Source of the DNA: Candidatus Nealsonbacteria bacterium
GTDB lineage: Bacteria; Patescibacteriota; Minisyncoccia; Minisyncoccales; PWPS01
Direction of reading: 5' to 3'
NCBI GenBank assembly: GCA_003557645.1
Contig: PWNV01000020.1
Span: forward strand, 78,328 to 142,327
DNA: 64,000 nt
In this document: piece by piece, positions 10,261 to 20,431 of the stretch
Numbering within the stretch: position 1 is the first letter of the stretch
How the letters are laid out: each line of letters starts with the position of its first letter
Program-made: the position numbers and the translations under genes
The notes under the pieces: model-generated
What the model saw: only the letters and a program-made list of their open reading frames with translations
Told to the model about the DNA's origin: nothing
The model's database searches: none

Positions 10261-10395
10261 TTTTTGTCACCTCCTCCAAAAAAAATATTAAAAGAACAAA
10301 CCCTTTTACACTATAACTATATTATACAATAAATTATCAATTATAGCAATGAAAAAGCCCTCTCGATAACGAGGGGCTTTGGGAGAACATAATTT

Positions 10396-10695
10396 CTAAA
10401 AGCACTCAATACTTAGTCTTTCGGCTATCTCCTCCATTCTTTCTTTTGCTATAAAATTCTTAAATCTTTGAGGGTTCCATATCTCAAAGAAGTTCCCGCA
10501 TCCAACAACTAAAGCCTTATCTGTAATCTTGGCAAACTCTTTCTCTTCTCTGGATAAAGCAAGCACTTTTCCCTTTGTTTGTGGGATGACAAAAAGGCAA
10601 CCTTCCTCCTTGTGCCTTCCTATCTTTCCAGCACAAAAGTTTTCCGGGAGTCTTATTTTATCATTTCTAATTTTTACCGAATGCTCTCCGTACAT
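10396..10695 (-). CDS. shortened MraZ-like (AbrB-fold) protein
   Basis: MYGEH..K...IRLP N-terminus and VVGCGNFFEIWN C-terminal MraZ signature. Confidence 0.65.
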   Translation of the reverse strand: MYGEHSVKIRNDKIRLPENFCAGKIGRHKEEGCLFVIPQTKGKVLALSREEKEFAKITDKALVVGCGNFFEIWNPQRFKNFIAKERMEEIAERLSIECF

Positions 10696-10782
10696 ATCTC
10701 TTTCTCCCTTCTTCAAGGTACAAAATAACTTTTCGAATGTATTTATTTATACAATAAAAAGGAGTATAGTCAATAATTGCCT

Positions 10783-10810
10783 TTGACAAGAGATCTTTTT
10801 TCATTATAAT
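10783..10810 (+). promoter_or_regulatory. sigma70-type promoter TTGACA-N16-TATAAT
   Basis: perfect -35 and -10 boxes upstream of the 10840 gene. Confidence 0.8.
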
Positions 10811-10839
10811 ACAGTACAATTTTAAAGGGAGGTTTTAGA

Positions 10840-11115
10840 ATGTACACTGTAGAAGGTTATATTATACCAAAGGAAGAAGGTTATTTTTCTATTGAAATGC
10901 CAAAACAATCAATACTACTATCTGTGCGAGAGGTACAATATGGATTCCCCTGTCTTTTTGCGTTTGTAAATCACGAAGCGTCCAAGGAGAGAAGAAATTT
11001 TTTGCATGTTGCTACCGGAACTATTATTGAAGAAAATCCTTCTAACTTAAATTGTATTGGTACGTTTCATCTTAAAATCAGTAACCATGTGGGACATATT
11101 TTTGAGATTGAGTAA
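10840..11115 (+). CDS. small hypothetical protein resembling a phage-associated family
   Basis: pattern LLSV..Q...P.LFA.V...R.F..V.TG...IGT...HIFE; GGGAGG SD; own promoter and terminator (about 11132-11158). Confidence 0.7.
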   Translation: MYTVEGYIIPKEEGYFSIEMPKQSILLSVREVQYGFPCLFAFVNHEASKERRNFLHVATGTIIEENPSNLNCIGTFHLKISNHVGHIFEIE

Positions 11116-11257
11116 TATATCTTCTTTCCTAAAAAAGACAGCCTTGTGCTGTCTTTTTCAATAAACAAGCCAAATCTTGCCATAGTAATAAAAAAATGAT
11201 AAGTTTTTAGCAAGAAAGACAAAGGTCGACTACAGTTAAAAATAAATAAAATTATTT

Positions 11258-11530
11258 ATGAAAAAAGAAGAACTTGTCGAAAAATTAGCCAAAAAAAGTA
11301 ATGTTTCCAAAAACGAAGCAAGAAACTTCTTGAATACTGTTTTGGATGAAATTAGTGGGTCTCTTAAAAAGGGAAAGGATGTAACTCTGACCGGCTTTGG
11401 AACTTTTTCCGTGGCTAAAAGAAAAGCACGCCAGGGAATCAATCCCAGAACACAGGAAAAAATCAAAATTGCCGCATCAAAGGTTCCCAAATTTAAAGCT
11501 GGACAAGCATTGAAAAACCTAGTTAAGTAA
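11258..11530 (+). CDS. hup: DNA-binding protein HU
   Basis: GFGTF..RKARQGINPRT..VPKFKAG. Confidence 0.97.
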   Translation: MKKEELVEKLAKKSNVSKNEARNFLNTVLDEISGSLKKGKDVTLTGFGTFSVAKRKARQGINPRTQEKIKIAASKVPKFKAGQALKNLVK

Positions 11531-11550
11531 AGTCACTTTTGCTTTAAGTT

Positions 11551-11576
11551 AAAAACACCGATTTTTCGGTGTTTTT
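11551..11576. terminator. bidirectional intrinsic terminator
   Basis: aaaaacaccg-attttt-cggtgttttt between convergent hup and maf. Confidence 0.8.
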
Positions 11577-11585
11577 AATTTGACT

Positions 11586-12167
11586 CTATGTTTGCCAATA
11601 TCCTACCCTTTGGAGCATTGTAACTACCAACGACAAAGGAATGCCCATCAAGTTAAGGTGGTTTCCATTAATTTTTTCAATAAAAGAAGCGCTCAGATGT
11701 TTTTCTGTATCATAGCCAAGCGCAAAACGCTTAAATTCAGAATCTTGTTCAAGGTACGCTTCAATCTCTTTGTCTGAATATTTGCGCATAAAGATTTTAA
11801 CCTCATCATATTCTAGGGCGGTTTCGTTAGTTTTGGTGTTCACCATGTAAATCCCGGTATAATGCTGATGCTTTTCTCCCGAAAGAGATTGTAGTCTCTT
11901 AAAAGCTTCTTCTTTTGATTTTGGCTTTTCAAGAATTTTTCTTTTAAAAAATCCTACCGAATCAAATCCGATAACAATATTATTACTATAATCTGCAGAA
12001 ACCGCTTCCGCTTTCATTTTTGCCAGCTCCTTCACCAATTCTTCTGGCCTGTTTCTTTCCAGCTGCGTTTCATCAACATTACTTGCTACTACCTGAAAAG
12101 GAAACCCTAAGGTAGCAAATATCTCTTTACGATAGGGGGAGGTTGTCGCTAAAATTATTTTTTCCAT
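11586..12167 (-). CDS. maf: Maf family nucleoside triphosphate pyrophosphatase
   Basis: IILATTSPYRKE, KAEAV, ILEKP, LSGEKH. Confidence 0.9.
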   Translation of the reverse strand: MEKIILATTSPYRKEIFATLGFPFQVVASNVDETQLERNRPEELVKELAKMKAEAVSADYSNNIVIGFDSVGFFKRKILEKPKSKEEAFKRLQSLSGEKHQHYTGIYMVNTKTNETALEYDEVKIFMRKYSDKEIEAYLEQDSEFKRFALGYDTEKHLSASFIEKINGNHLNLMGIPLSLVVTMLQRVGYWQT

Positions 12168-14142
12168 TTTCTTTTTTTGTTAAGACCAAGATTTCTTGAT
12201 CAAGATTAAAGATTTCTTCCTCTTCTTCGGGGACAATCTTCTTCCAGTCTCCAAGGAAAACATTAAAACCACAAGAAGAAGCTAACTCCCTTATCTTCTC
12301 TGCGGAGTGAAAGTGCCTTAGTATCTCTGATCCTTCAATATATCCGCCGTCCGGATTGCCTGACTCCTTGAAAAACTTAATTGTAACAACATCACCATCC
12401 TTGAGTCGTTTCGTTTCGTTTTCAGGAAACTCTTCTCCCTGATAAAGATAACGAGCATTTGTAGAAGAACTTTTTAATTCTGAGCTCGTGTTTACTGTGG
12501 CAATAAGCTTCCCTCCTTTTTTAAGTTTCTTAAAAAGCAAGAGAAAAAGCTCATTCAGGTCCTCTACGTGATCAATCACATACTTCATTATAACAACATC
12601 CAAGGATTTATTTCTAAGTCTACTAAGATAGGATGTCATCTCCTTGTTTTTAAAAGAAATTACGCTTTTACGTTCTTTGTATTCTGGGGTAGAAATGTAC
12701 TCCTTTGCAAGCTTAATCATCTCTGGAGAAACATCTACCCAGTCAATTCTGCTTTCTGAATTTCTAAGTAGTCTTTGAAAAAGACCGTGATACCTATCAG
12801 GATGTGCTCCTCCCCCTAGCTCAGCAACATAGAGCGGATCAGAAAAGCTTTCTGTTTCTTTCATGATAACCCGATCAACCACCTCGGCAACTTGGAAATT
12901 CTTTTCGTTTTGCTCTTGCTTGGCAAATTCCTTAGAAGTAGTAGGAGAAAAATACATCTTGTAATTTTCTGCAAGATGATTTTTTTTGTCTTTTCCAAAA
13001 AAATACCCAGACAAAATCGGACCCACAAAAGTGGTAATAATACTTAAAAATATAAGTGCCGTTATAAGCTCTTCGTCAATGATCTCAAGGTTCTGTCCAA
13101 CTGCGACTACTGCAAGTGTCGTAGATAGTTGTGGAATCCCACTTACTCCAACAAAAATACTCTGCAGATCATTAAAACCAGCCAATCGAGAAGAAATCCA
13201 CCCTCCTATAAACTTTGAAGTTGTTGATGCTAAAACAATCACACCAAGCAAAAGAACGCTCTCTCTTGCTTCTAAAAAGATTAGAGGATTTGTCTGCGTC
13301 CCGATTACGACGAAAAAAATAGGAATAAAAAGGCCGTAAGCAAGAACACGTATTTTCTCTTTAAGAGATGTTCCTGTGATAGCTTCTGAAAGAATAATCC
13401 CTGCAAAAAAAGCACCAATAATAGAGTGTAATCCCAGTGCTTCTGAGATAAGTACCATTCCTACTAAAACCGCAAAGATAAGGCGAAGATCTTTCTCAAA
13501 AACATCTTTATAGTCTTCGTCAGGGTGCGAAAGACTCTTTTTTAATCGAGGAATTCCCCACCTTACAACACCCACCACAAAAAGAATGATAATAAAAACT
13601 ACCAAAAACAATGGTAAAGGAAGAGGTGTGGTAACAAAAAGATATTGTAGCGCTACGGCAAGAAAAATTAAGCTTGCAATGTCTTGAATCATGATTGCCG
13701 AAACCACCGTACGTCCAATTCGTGAATGAATGAGCCCTCTTCTTTCAAGAAAAGGAATAATGACAGCAATAGAAGAAGAGATAAAAATTATTCCTAACAA
13801 AATAGAAACTGCGATATTATATCCAAGTAAAATACCTATTCCCATCCCTGCACCAAAAGAGATTAAACCGGAAATACCGGCAATCAAAGTAGCCTCTTTC
13901 CAGACAAGTTTCATTCCAGAAAAACGGATATGGAGCCCTGCCATAAACATTAAAAAAACAAGCCCTAGGTTTTTAAAAAACTCTAAAGTAACATCAGGAT
14001 TTACAATTTTAAATCCATGAGGACCCACAATCATTCCTCCTACGATAAGAGCAATTATCCAAGGAACATGAAAACGTCCAAAAACTTGGGAAAAAACAAG
14101 AGCCGTAAGAATGATGATAAAAAATGATGCAAATTCAAGCAT
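12127..14142 (-). CDS. CPA2 cation:proton antiporter fused to a class I SAM methyltransferase domain
   Basis: about 380 aa multi-TM region (LGLVFLMFMAG, IGAFFAG, FIPIFFV), then VAELGGG / VDVSPEMIKLA / LKKGG. Confidence 0.85.
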   Translation of the reverse strand: MLEFASFFIIILTALVFSQVFGRFHVPWIIALIVGGMIVGPHGFKIVNPDVTLEFFKNLGLVFLMFMAGLHIRFSGMKLVWKEATLIAGISGLISFGAGMGIGILLGYNIAVSILLGIIFISSSIAVIIPFLERRGLIHSRIGRTVVSAIMIQDIASLIFLAVALQYLFVTTPLPLPLFLVVFIIILFVVGVVRWGIPRLKKSLSHPDEDYKDVFEKDLRLIFAVLVGMVLISEALGLHSIIGAFFAGIILSEAITGTSLKEKIRVLAYGLFIPIFFVVIGTQTNPLIFLEARESVLLLGVIVLASTTSKFIGGWISSRLAGFNDLQSIFVGVSGIPQLSTTLAVVAVGQNLEIIDEELITALIFLSIITTFVGPILSGYFFGKDKKNHLAENYKMYFSPTTSKEFAKQEQNEKNFQVAEVVDRVIMKETESFSDPLYVAELGGGAHPDRYHGLFQRLLRNSESRIDWVDVSPEMIKLAKEYISTPEYKERKSVISFKNKEMTSYLSRLRNKSLDVVIMKYVIDHVEDLNELFLLLFKKLKKGGKLIATVNTSSELKSSSTNARYLYQGEEFPENETKRLKDGDVVTIKFFKESGNPDGGYIEGSEILRHFHSAEKIRELASSCGFNVFLGDWKKIVPEEEEEIFNLDQEILVLTKKENGKNNFSDNLPLS

Positions 14143-14232
14143 TTCTTTCTTTTATATTGAAAAGTATTTTAAATTCTAATGTAATCTCTTATTTTTAACA
14201 AACAAAAACAAGATAATTCGTCCTGATTAAAA

Positions 14233-14769
14233 TTATTTTTTTCTAGCAATTCTTTTTCGATATTCTTCTGAGCTCATAATTTTCTTAATATCTGTAATCT
14301 TTTCTGTAAACTCAATTCCCTCTAAATGGTCATATTCGTGCTGAATTACTCGACTTAAAAGTCCGTCTGCTTTGATTTCAAACTTATTCCCCCTCCTGTC
14401 AAATGCTTCAATAGTGATTTTTTGAGGTCTTTTAACGGGAGCAAACAATTTCCCGTAAGCTACACTTCCACACCCTTCATAAATAACTACTTCCTTTTTG
14501 GACAACCAAGTAATTTTTGGATTGATATACACTCTTGAGCCATCTTTCTCCTTTGGGTTTCTATTCTTATTTCTCCGAATCTCTGTAACAAAAATTCTCT
14601 TCTTTTCTCCAATTTGAGAAGCTGCCATCCCAACAAGATTATGATAGCGCATTGAATCAATAAGATTTTGCACAATTTTTTGCGTCTTTCGAGAATTGAT
14701 GTCAGAAACCGTCTTAGAGTTTTGTCTTAAGAGAGGATCTCCTACCTGAACAACATTTTTGACAATCAT
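14233..14769 (-). CDS. def: peptide deformylase (copy 2)
   Basis: VGMAASQIG, EGCGS, QHEYDHLEG. Confidence 0.92.
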   Translation of the reverse strand: MIVKNVVQVGDPLLRQNSKTVSDINSRKTQKIVQNLIDSMRYHNLVGMAASQIGEKKRIFVTEIRRNKNRNPKEKDGSRVYINPKITWLSKKEVVIYEGCGSVAYGKLFAPVKRPQKITIEAFDRRGNKFEIKADGLLSRVIQHEYDHLEGIEFTEKITDIKKIMSSEEYRKRIARKK

Positions 14770-14791
14770 TTCAAAATTAATAATTTAATTT

Positions 14792-15319
14792 CTATAGGCA
14801 GTTTAAAATAAACCTTGCTCTCTTTTGCGGTGAAAGCACTGGCACTTTTACAACTTTAAACCCAAAATATTGATACGCTTCTTGAATTAGCTCGTAAAGC
14901 CTTCTTTGTTGCTCCGGACTTTCTGTTCTTACATAGTCGTCTTTATACGGCAACATATCTAGAAGAAAAATCTTTTTGTAGCTAGCCTTTTTCAGCTTGT
15001 TCTCCAGCGTCAAATCAAAAGGAATTTCATATAAATTATAATATGCATAAATATCAGGAATTCCTCGATCTAAAAACACTGTCTCTTCCGTGCAGAGACC
15101 CTTCTCCGTCTTTATCTGCATTTTCATTATTTCGTCTTGAAACGTTTTTGCATCCTTTTTAATTTCCTGTATCGTTAGCTTCTGATTGAGTTTTTGATTA
15201 ATATAGGACCGAGCAATTTCATGAACAACATGATATCCCTCCCCCTCCAAAGAACTTATAACCGTCGTTTTCCCAGAAGAGGGTGCGCCGGTTACAACAT
15301 ACCAGTTATTTCTTTTCAT
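14792..15319 (-). CDS. AAA_28 / NadR-Ttd14-type P-loop ATPase
   Basis: VTGAPSSGKTT, EIAR, FLDRGIPD..AY. Confidence 0.88.
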   Translation of the reverse strand: MKRNNWYVVTGAPSSGKTTVISSLEGEGYHVVHEIARSYINQKLNQKLTIQEIKKDAKTFQDEIMKMQIKTEKGLCTEETVFLDRGIPDIYAYYNLYEIPFDLTLENKLKKASYKKIFLLDMLPYKDDYVRTESPEQQRRLYELIQEAYQYFGFKVVKVPVLSPQKRARFILNCL

Positions 15320-15338
15320 GAAAATTTTTAAATAACGT

Positions 15339-15734
15339 TTACAAAATAAATATCTCCCAGACAACCCAGGTCATAAGGCCAAGCCAAATAAGAAGCGAAA
15401 ACCAGTATTTTTTTAATATACCTCCATCTCTTTCTAAATGATTTATCATTCCCTCAAAAATTTTCTTTATATCTGGTGCTAGAGTTAATATGGCCAAAAG
15501 GAAAGCAAAAACAACCGCAACAAAAACTTCAACAATACTAATCTCCATCAAAAGATAAAATAAAACAATACCGCCAAAGATTAATGCAAAAATAGTGGCT
15601 GAAATCTTATTCCACACCAATCTTATTATCGGATTACTGGGACCGTACCACGCTCTAGGGCTAATAATAAGTGTAATTAATTTAACAATAGAAAGAGCAA
15701 TGAAAACTAAGACGATTATTTCTATATTATTCAT
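15339..15734 (-). CDS. membrane protein
   Basis: four hydrophobic segments. Confidence 0.75.
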   Translation of the reverse strand: MNNIEIIVLVFIALSIVKLITLIISPRAWYGPSNPIIRLVWNKISATIFALIFGGIVLFYLLMEISIVEVFVAVVFAFLLAILTLAPDIKKIFEGMINHLERDGGILKKYWFSLLIWLGLMTWVVWEIFIL

Positions 15735-15859
15735 TTTGTTATAATTTTTAAATTATTACTGCTAAAGCATTTACCCTTATAATAACATAAAATAAAAGCT
15801 CTCTAAAGTATCTAAGAGAGCTAAAAAACTTCTAAAGGTTCAAAACGAAAGGAATAATA

Positions 15860-16249
15860 TTACCTGCTCGCAGCATCAACATATAGCATGATCTTAACGA
15901 CCTCTTTTCGCACTTCCTCCGTTATTCCAGGAGTTCTGGAGGCCTCTTTAATCACCTTCTGAAACTTTCTCTTTATTCTATCCTTTTCATTTCTTGTCAT
16001 CTTTTTCCAGGGAGAAAGGCCCCACATATCTTCTCTTTCCCCGATAACCCTTTGCACATTTTTTAACACAATAGTGCAACTCTCTCTGCGATCGCTCTCA
16101 CTACGAGTTGTATCTCTTGAAAGGGAAATACAGTGATTAGCATGTCCAATGATTTCTCGAAGGATAATATCAATTTTCTTCTTTGTTTCTTTATCTCTTT
16201 TATCGTAAAGAAAATCTTCGAGATCATTTAGCATTTCAATAAAAAACAT
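15860..16249 (-). CDS. hypothetical protein
   Basis: ORF with AAGGAG SD before MFF; terminator at about 15795-15825. Confidence 0.65.
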   Translation of the reverse strand: MFFIEMLNDLEDFLYDKRDKETKKKIDIILREIIGHANHCISLSRDTTRSESDRRESCTIVLKNVQRVIGEREDMWGLSPWKKMTRNEKDRIKRKFQKVIKEASRTPGITEEVRKEVVKIMLYVDAASR

Positions 16250-16447
16250 TAAAAACTCTCCTTTCAATTAAATTATGTAAAGGGCAAGACACCTGACCCC
16301 TCCATTGATACTATACCATATTTCTATAAAAAAACAAACTATACAAATTGCACTTCTTAAGCTTTTCTTTCTGCTCTACCTGATAATATTTGGTTTGCTT
16401 TTTTAAATAATGTATAATTTCAGAAATTAATTTATTAATAAAAAAAT

Positions 16448-17215
16448 ATGAAAATTTTAATTAAGTTGGGCATTGTTTTGGTTTCTTTAGTAGTATTACT
16501 CTTTGGGGGAATTTATTTCATCTTTAACACGGGCAAACAAGTTCAAGTGGAATGGACAGAAAATGATCTCTCTTCAGGATTAGAAAAATCAAAGGTTCTT
16601 ATTGGAGATTTAGAAGAGATTAATCTAAGCACCCTTGCAGAAAACAACTTCTCTACCTCAGGAACTAATGAGATAGAAGATTATTTTACCAGCGAAGAAA
16701 TGAGTGCACTACTATCAACCGCAAACATAAACGGTCCAATTAAAAATATTAATGTATCTTTTGGAGAAAATAATAATGGAGAAGTTAGCTTTGTTCTTTC
16801 AGAAACCTTTACTGATTTCTTGAGAGAACAAGGAATGATCGAAAGGTATGTTGGTCCAGTTGTGTATGCCGCAGAAATTCAGGATTACGTTGACAACACT
16901 CCCTCCGGATTTTCTGTTACTGAAATTATTATTGGATATATTACAAACCTCGTAAACAGAAGTCCTGTTTATGCAACAGGAGAACTGTACCGTGATTCAG
17001 AAAACACGGTAAGAATAAATATTAATAGCCTAAGAGTAGGAAGAATCTCTCTTCCACAAGACACAATAAGAAAAGTAGAATACGAAACGCTAAGAGTAGT
17101 AAATACCATTATTTCTCCAGAAAACGGATTTCATATCGAGGAATTACATATCAAAGACGGAAAATTTCACTACAAAGGAACTCTTCCCGCTGAAGTTTAC
17201 GGAGAGAAGTTATAA
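16448..17215 (+). CDS. membrane-anchored hypothetical protein
   Basis: N-terminal TM; 255 aa; upstream TGTATAAT. Confidence 0.8.
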   Translation: MKILIKLGIVLVSLVVLLFGGIYFIFNTGKQVQVEWTENDLSSGLEKSKVLIGDLEEINLSTLAENNFSTSGTNEIEDYFTSEEMSALLSTANINGPIKNINVSFGENNNGEVSFVLSETFTDFLREQGMIERYVGPVVYAAEIQDYVDNTPSGFSVTEIIIGYITNLVNRSPVYATGELYRDSENTVRININSLRVGRISLPQDTIRKVEYETLRVVNTIISPENGFHIEELHIKDGKFHYKGTLPAEVYGEKL

Positions 17216-17223
17216 AAAATTTA

Positions 17224-17637
17224 TTAATTCTCCCCTGCTTCCTTCTTCCATAATCCATGCACATTGCAGTAAGCTCTCACAGAAAGAATATCTTTTCTAT
17301 TGTAAAACTCTGCTTCTGGCTTTTCTCCTGGCTTTAAAAACTTCTTTCCAGATTTCCCATCAGATACATTTATCTCTATCCATTCTATGTAATGTGCTTC
17401 TTCCATCGGATGTTCTTCTTCTCCTATCTTTATACTGAAACCATCTTTCCCCTGGCATGCATTGGCGGGAAGCTCTTCTATCACTGGTAGATGTTTTTCC
17501 TCTCCCTCTTCTTTCACTTTTTCTTTTAATAGTTCCATTGCCTCATCACAGCAAACAAGCTCCCCTACCCCAGCGTGAAATATTTCTACTACATTTCCGC
17601 AAATATTACACTTATAGATTTCTTTTAATTTTGTCAT
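17224..17637 (-). CDS. dfx: desulfoferrodoxin (superoxide reductase)
   Basis: YKCNICGN..LVCC, EKHLP, HPM..HYIEWI, YCNVHGLW. Confidence 0.95.
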   Translation of the reverse strand: MTKLKEIYKCNICGNVVEIFHAGVGELVCCDEAMELLKEKVKEEGEEKHLPVIEELPANACQGKDGFSIKIGEEEHPMEEAHYIEWIEINVSDGKSGKKFLKPGEKPEAEFYNRKDILSVRAYCNVHGLWKKEAGEN

Positions 17638-17684
17638 GTTTTTTTTATTTTAGTTAATTTTATATAACATCTTATAGGTAGGCA

Positions 17685-17903
17685 TTATAACAAGAAACTT
17701 TGATTTTTACTAATAACAAGAGATATTGTAAAAAAATCGGGTTGTAACCCGATTTTTGAAAGTAACTTTAAAAGGAACTCATCTAACTTCTCTAAGTCAA
17801 TAGAATCCGAATCAACTACTCCTCCGACAAGCAGTATGCCAAATATTCCAGTCAAAGAAAAAATAAATAACAAAATAAAAAAGAGCACAATGTATTTTTT
17901 CAT
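17685..17903 (-). CDS. small membrane protein
   Basis: GAGGAGG SD; N-terminal TM; TTGACT-N16-TATTAT promoter at about 17941-17968. Confidence 0.6.
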   Translation of the reverse strand: MKKYIVLFFILLFIFSLTGIFGILLVGGVVDSDSIDLEKLDEFLLKLLSKIGLQPDFFTISLVISKNQSFLL

Positions 17904-18079
17904 GAAAAATCCTCCTCATTTAGATCATTTTTCCTTTTATATAATACCATTATTTTAGAAAAAGTCAAATATACTAATTCAGGATGCTTTTTTTGATACA
18001 AAGAGTAAAGATGCTTCCTTTTTAAATGAAAACAAACCCCTAAACGAGGATATCTGTTTTGTATTTAAAATTACACCCG

Positions 18080-18289
18080 CTAATCAAGTCCGGTGAAAGA
18101 GACTATGCTCTGAACTCTTCCCACTCTTCCATCTTCTAGCTTCACCTTTATTCCTCGAGAATGTTCTTTAGAGCTCGTAAGCACGCTCTTTACAATGCCT
18201 CTGGTGAGTTTGCCAGAAGACTGATCTTCTTTTAAAACAATATCTACTTCTGTCCCTGGAAAAATATATTTTCTTTCTTTTCCGTTCAT
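18080..18289 (-). CDS. YwbE family protein (DUF2196)
   Basis: VLKEDQ.SGKLTRG.V..LT...H.RGIKV.L.DG.VGRVQ. Confidence 0.9.
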   Translation of the reverse strand: MNGKERKYIFPGTEVDIVLKEDQSSGKLTRGIVKSVLTSSKEHSRGIKVKLEDGRVGRVQSIVSFTGLD

Positions 18290-18403
18290 TTATTTCTTTC
18301 TAAAATTTTTGTAAAATTGATTGCTCCAGGTTTTAATTAGAAAAATTTTCATTTTTCTCAAATAAATCAAATTAGATTAATTCTTAGCAAGAACGTTGAA
18401 AAA

Positions 18404-18955
18404 TTACATTTTCGCTACACAGCTTCCGGGACCATCACAATCGTCTGTGCAGATCTCTATCCCCATCTCTTCGTCAAAACTACAAACACTAGGCATGCAG
18501 AGTGCTAGGCAATCTTCTGGACAAGTAGTATAAGTATAGTTCTCACAAACAACAGAGGTACTCTTTTCTTCGTTGCTATCGCTTCTTTGGTGTTTATCTT
18601 TAATGTAAGCACACTTTCCTTCTATACATTGCGGGTTCGGTGCCGGAGCACATTCATTGATAATAGTAACACAATCATCGTAATAATCTCTCATTCTTCC
18701 GTAAAAATAATTTTTATCTGTCTCTTTGTTGACAAAATGATAACATCCAAAATCAATATAACTGCCACCAAGAACTAAAACGTCACAGTCACTATCAACT
18801 TCACAGTAGTTCTTTTCTTCAATTTCTTCCCTTATCTCTTTGTAAAGATTATTGCAGTGTCTACTTTCCTTCTTCTCTAAATAATTATCTTGAGCAAAAA
18901 AGAAAGCACCAGCTGTAATTAATAAAAACGATGTTAAAGCAATTATCTTTCCCAT
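18404..18955 (-). CDS. Cys-rich exported protein
   Basis: signal anchor; NYCEVDSDC; C-terminal CP..C...C.PS.C...CT.DC.GPGSC. Confidence 0.8.
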   Translation of the reverse strand: MGKIIALTSFLLITAGAFFFAQDNYLEKKESRHCNNLYKEIREEIEEKNYCEVDSDCDVLVLGGSYIDFGCYHFVNKETDKNYFYGRMRDYYDDCVTIINECAPAPNPQCIEGKCAYIKDKHQRSDSNEEKSTSVVCENYTYTTCPEDCLALCMPSVCSFDEEMGIEICTDDCDGPGSCVAKM

Positions 18956-19032
18956 AATATTTTTTGATTTAATTATTTTTTTCTTTAATTTGTGGCTCTA
19001 TTTCTTTTATCTAAAATTTAAAACATACATTT

Positions 19033-19830
19033 CTATTTTTCAATCTTCTCCTTTATTAGCTCAATATTCTTCTGAGTTATTTCGCTCCCTTTCTCGATAA
19101 TGCATCTTCCTTTCTCCTTTTTTAGAAAACTGGATATATCCAAAAAACCATCTTCGTTTTCAAGTTCCGGTTCTAGCAAGATATCTGCTCCAACTCTGTG
19201 ATAATTAGCCAGGTGATGCTGAAGAGATCTAATCGCCATTCCCACACTTCTTCGGGCACTCATTTTCCTTCTACCTCTAAGGGATTGAGGATATTTATCA
19301 AGATTAACAGCCAATACTACACCAGAATCCTTTTTCGCCCTTTCCACCGGCAAGGGATCAGATAAGCCACCATCCCAAAAAATATTTCCATCTTTTCTTA
19401 GTGGCTCAATAATCATCGGAAAAGCTATACTTGCGTGAACGCCTTCTGATAAACTGCCTTTATTGAAATAGACCGGTTGAGCTGTGAAGTAATCCGTTGC
19501 CACCGTTTCTAGTGGTATTTCAAGATCCTCAAAATTAGTTTTCCCAAAAAGATTGTCTAGCTCCCTTCTTAGCTTTTCTCCGCCAATCAACCCCCTCCTT
19601 ATATCCAATCTCAAAAGTGAGCAAAGCTCTTTCCAGTCAAAATCAAAAGAAAATTCCTCTGCCTTTTTGTAGCTTCCGAATTTACAAAAAAAACCTCCAA
19701 CAAATGCTCCTATGCTTGAACCAATAATACGATCAGGAACAATCCCGTTTTCTTCCAATGTTTTTAAAACTCCTAGATGCGCAAATCCTCGTGTTCCTCC
19801 TGAGCCCAAAACTAATGTTATTTTTTTCAT
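19033..19830 (-). CDS. patatin-like phospholipase
   Basis: GSGGTRG, GSSIG, DGG motifs. Confidence 0.93.
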   Translation of the reverse strand: MKKITLVLGSGGTRGFAHLGVLKTLEENGIVPDRIIGSSIGAFVGGFFCKFGSYKKAEEFSFDFDWKELCSLLRLDIRRGLIGGEKLRRELDNLFGKTNFEDLEIPLETVATDYFTAQPVYFNKGSLSEGVHASIAFPMIIEPLRKDGNIFWDGGLSDPLPVERAKKDSGVVLAVNLDKYPQSLRGRRKMSARRSVGMAIRSLQHHLANYHRVGADILLEPELENEDGFLDISSFLKKEKGRCIIEKGSEITQKNIELIKEKIEK

Positions 19831-19842
19831 TTTTAAGAATTT

Positions 19843-20334
19843 CTATTTTATGGTATCTAGAACAAGAGAAATGTTATTTTTTACTCCTTTTTCGGATTCT
19901 ATGTTCTTCAATCTGTAGTCAAGCTCCCATATCGCCGACTTGTTACTGTCGTACCTTAGCTTTTCCATAGCATCCTGCAAATTTGTCCAGATATACTCGC
20001 TGTGCTCTTCTCCAATAACCAAGTCCTTAGAAAATACTTTTATACCAAAAGATATCTCAGGAATCATTACAATCTCCTTCCCCCATTCCATTCCGCGAAT
20101 GTTTTCCGCTGGAATTGTTGTCGTTGAGGCAAGCCTAATATACTCTACACCTGAAGAAACTGAAATCTCTTCATAAACTTCTCTTTTAACCGTATCTATT
20201 GGTCTTTCACCCTCTTCACCTCCTCCGGCAACTCCTTGCCAGATTCCCGTATTTTTTCTTTTAAATATTGCGTAGTAATAATTTTCACCTTCCTTTATAA
20301 AAGGAAAAGCCAGTATCTGATAAGGGGATCTCAT
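19843..20334 (-). CDS. Nudix hydrolase (NudB-like)
   Basis: WQGVAGGGEEGE...REVYEE; EHSEY.W; YDSNK. Confidence 0.9.
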   Translation of the reverse strand: MRSPYQILAFPFIKEGENYYYAIFKRKNTGIWQGVAGGGEEGERPIDTVKREVYEEISVSSGVEYIRLASTTTIPAENIRGMEWGKEIVMIPEISFGIKVFSKDLVIGEEHSEYIWTNLQDAMEKLRYDSNKSAIWELDYRLKNIESEKGVKNNISLVLDTIK

Positions 20335-20431
20335 GTTTTTATTAGTTAGTTATTTGTTAATTCTATCACAAAACAGAAGCCCTGGAAACTTCAGGGCCTC
20401 AGTTAAAGAGAAAAGTTTTCAACAAAATTAC

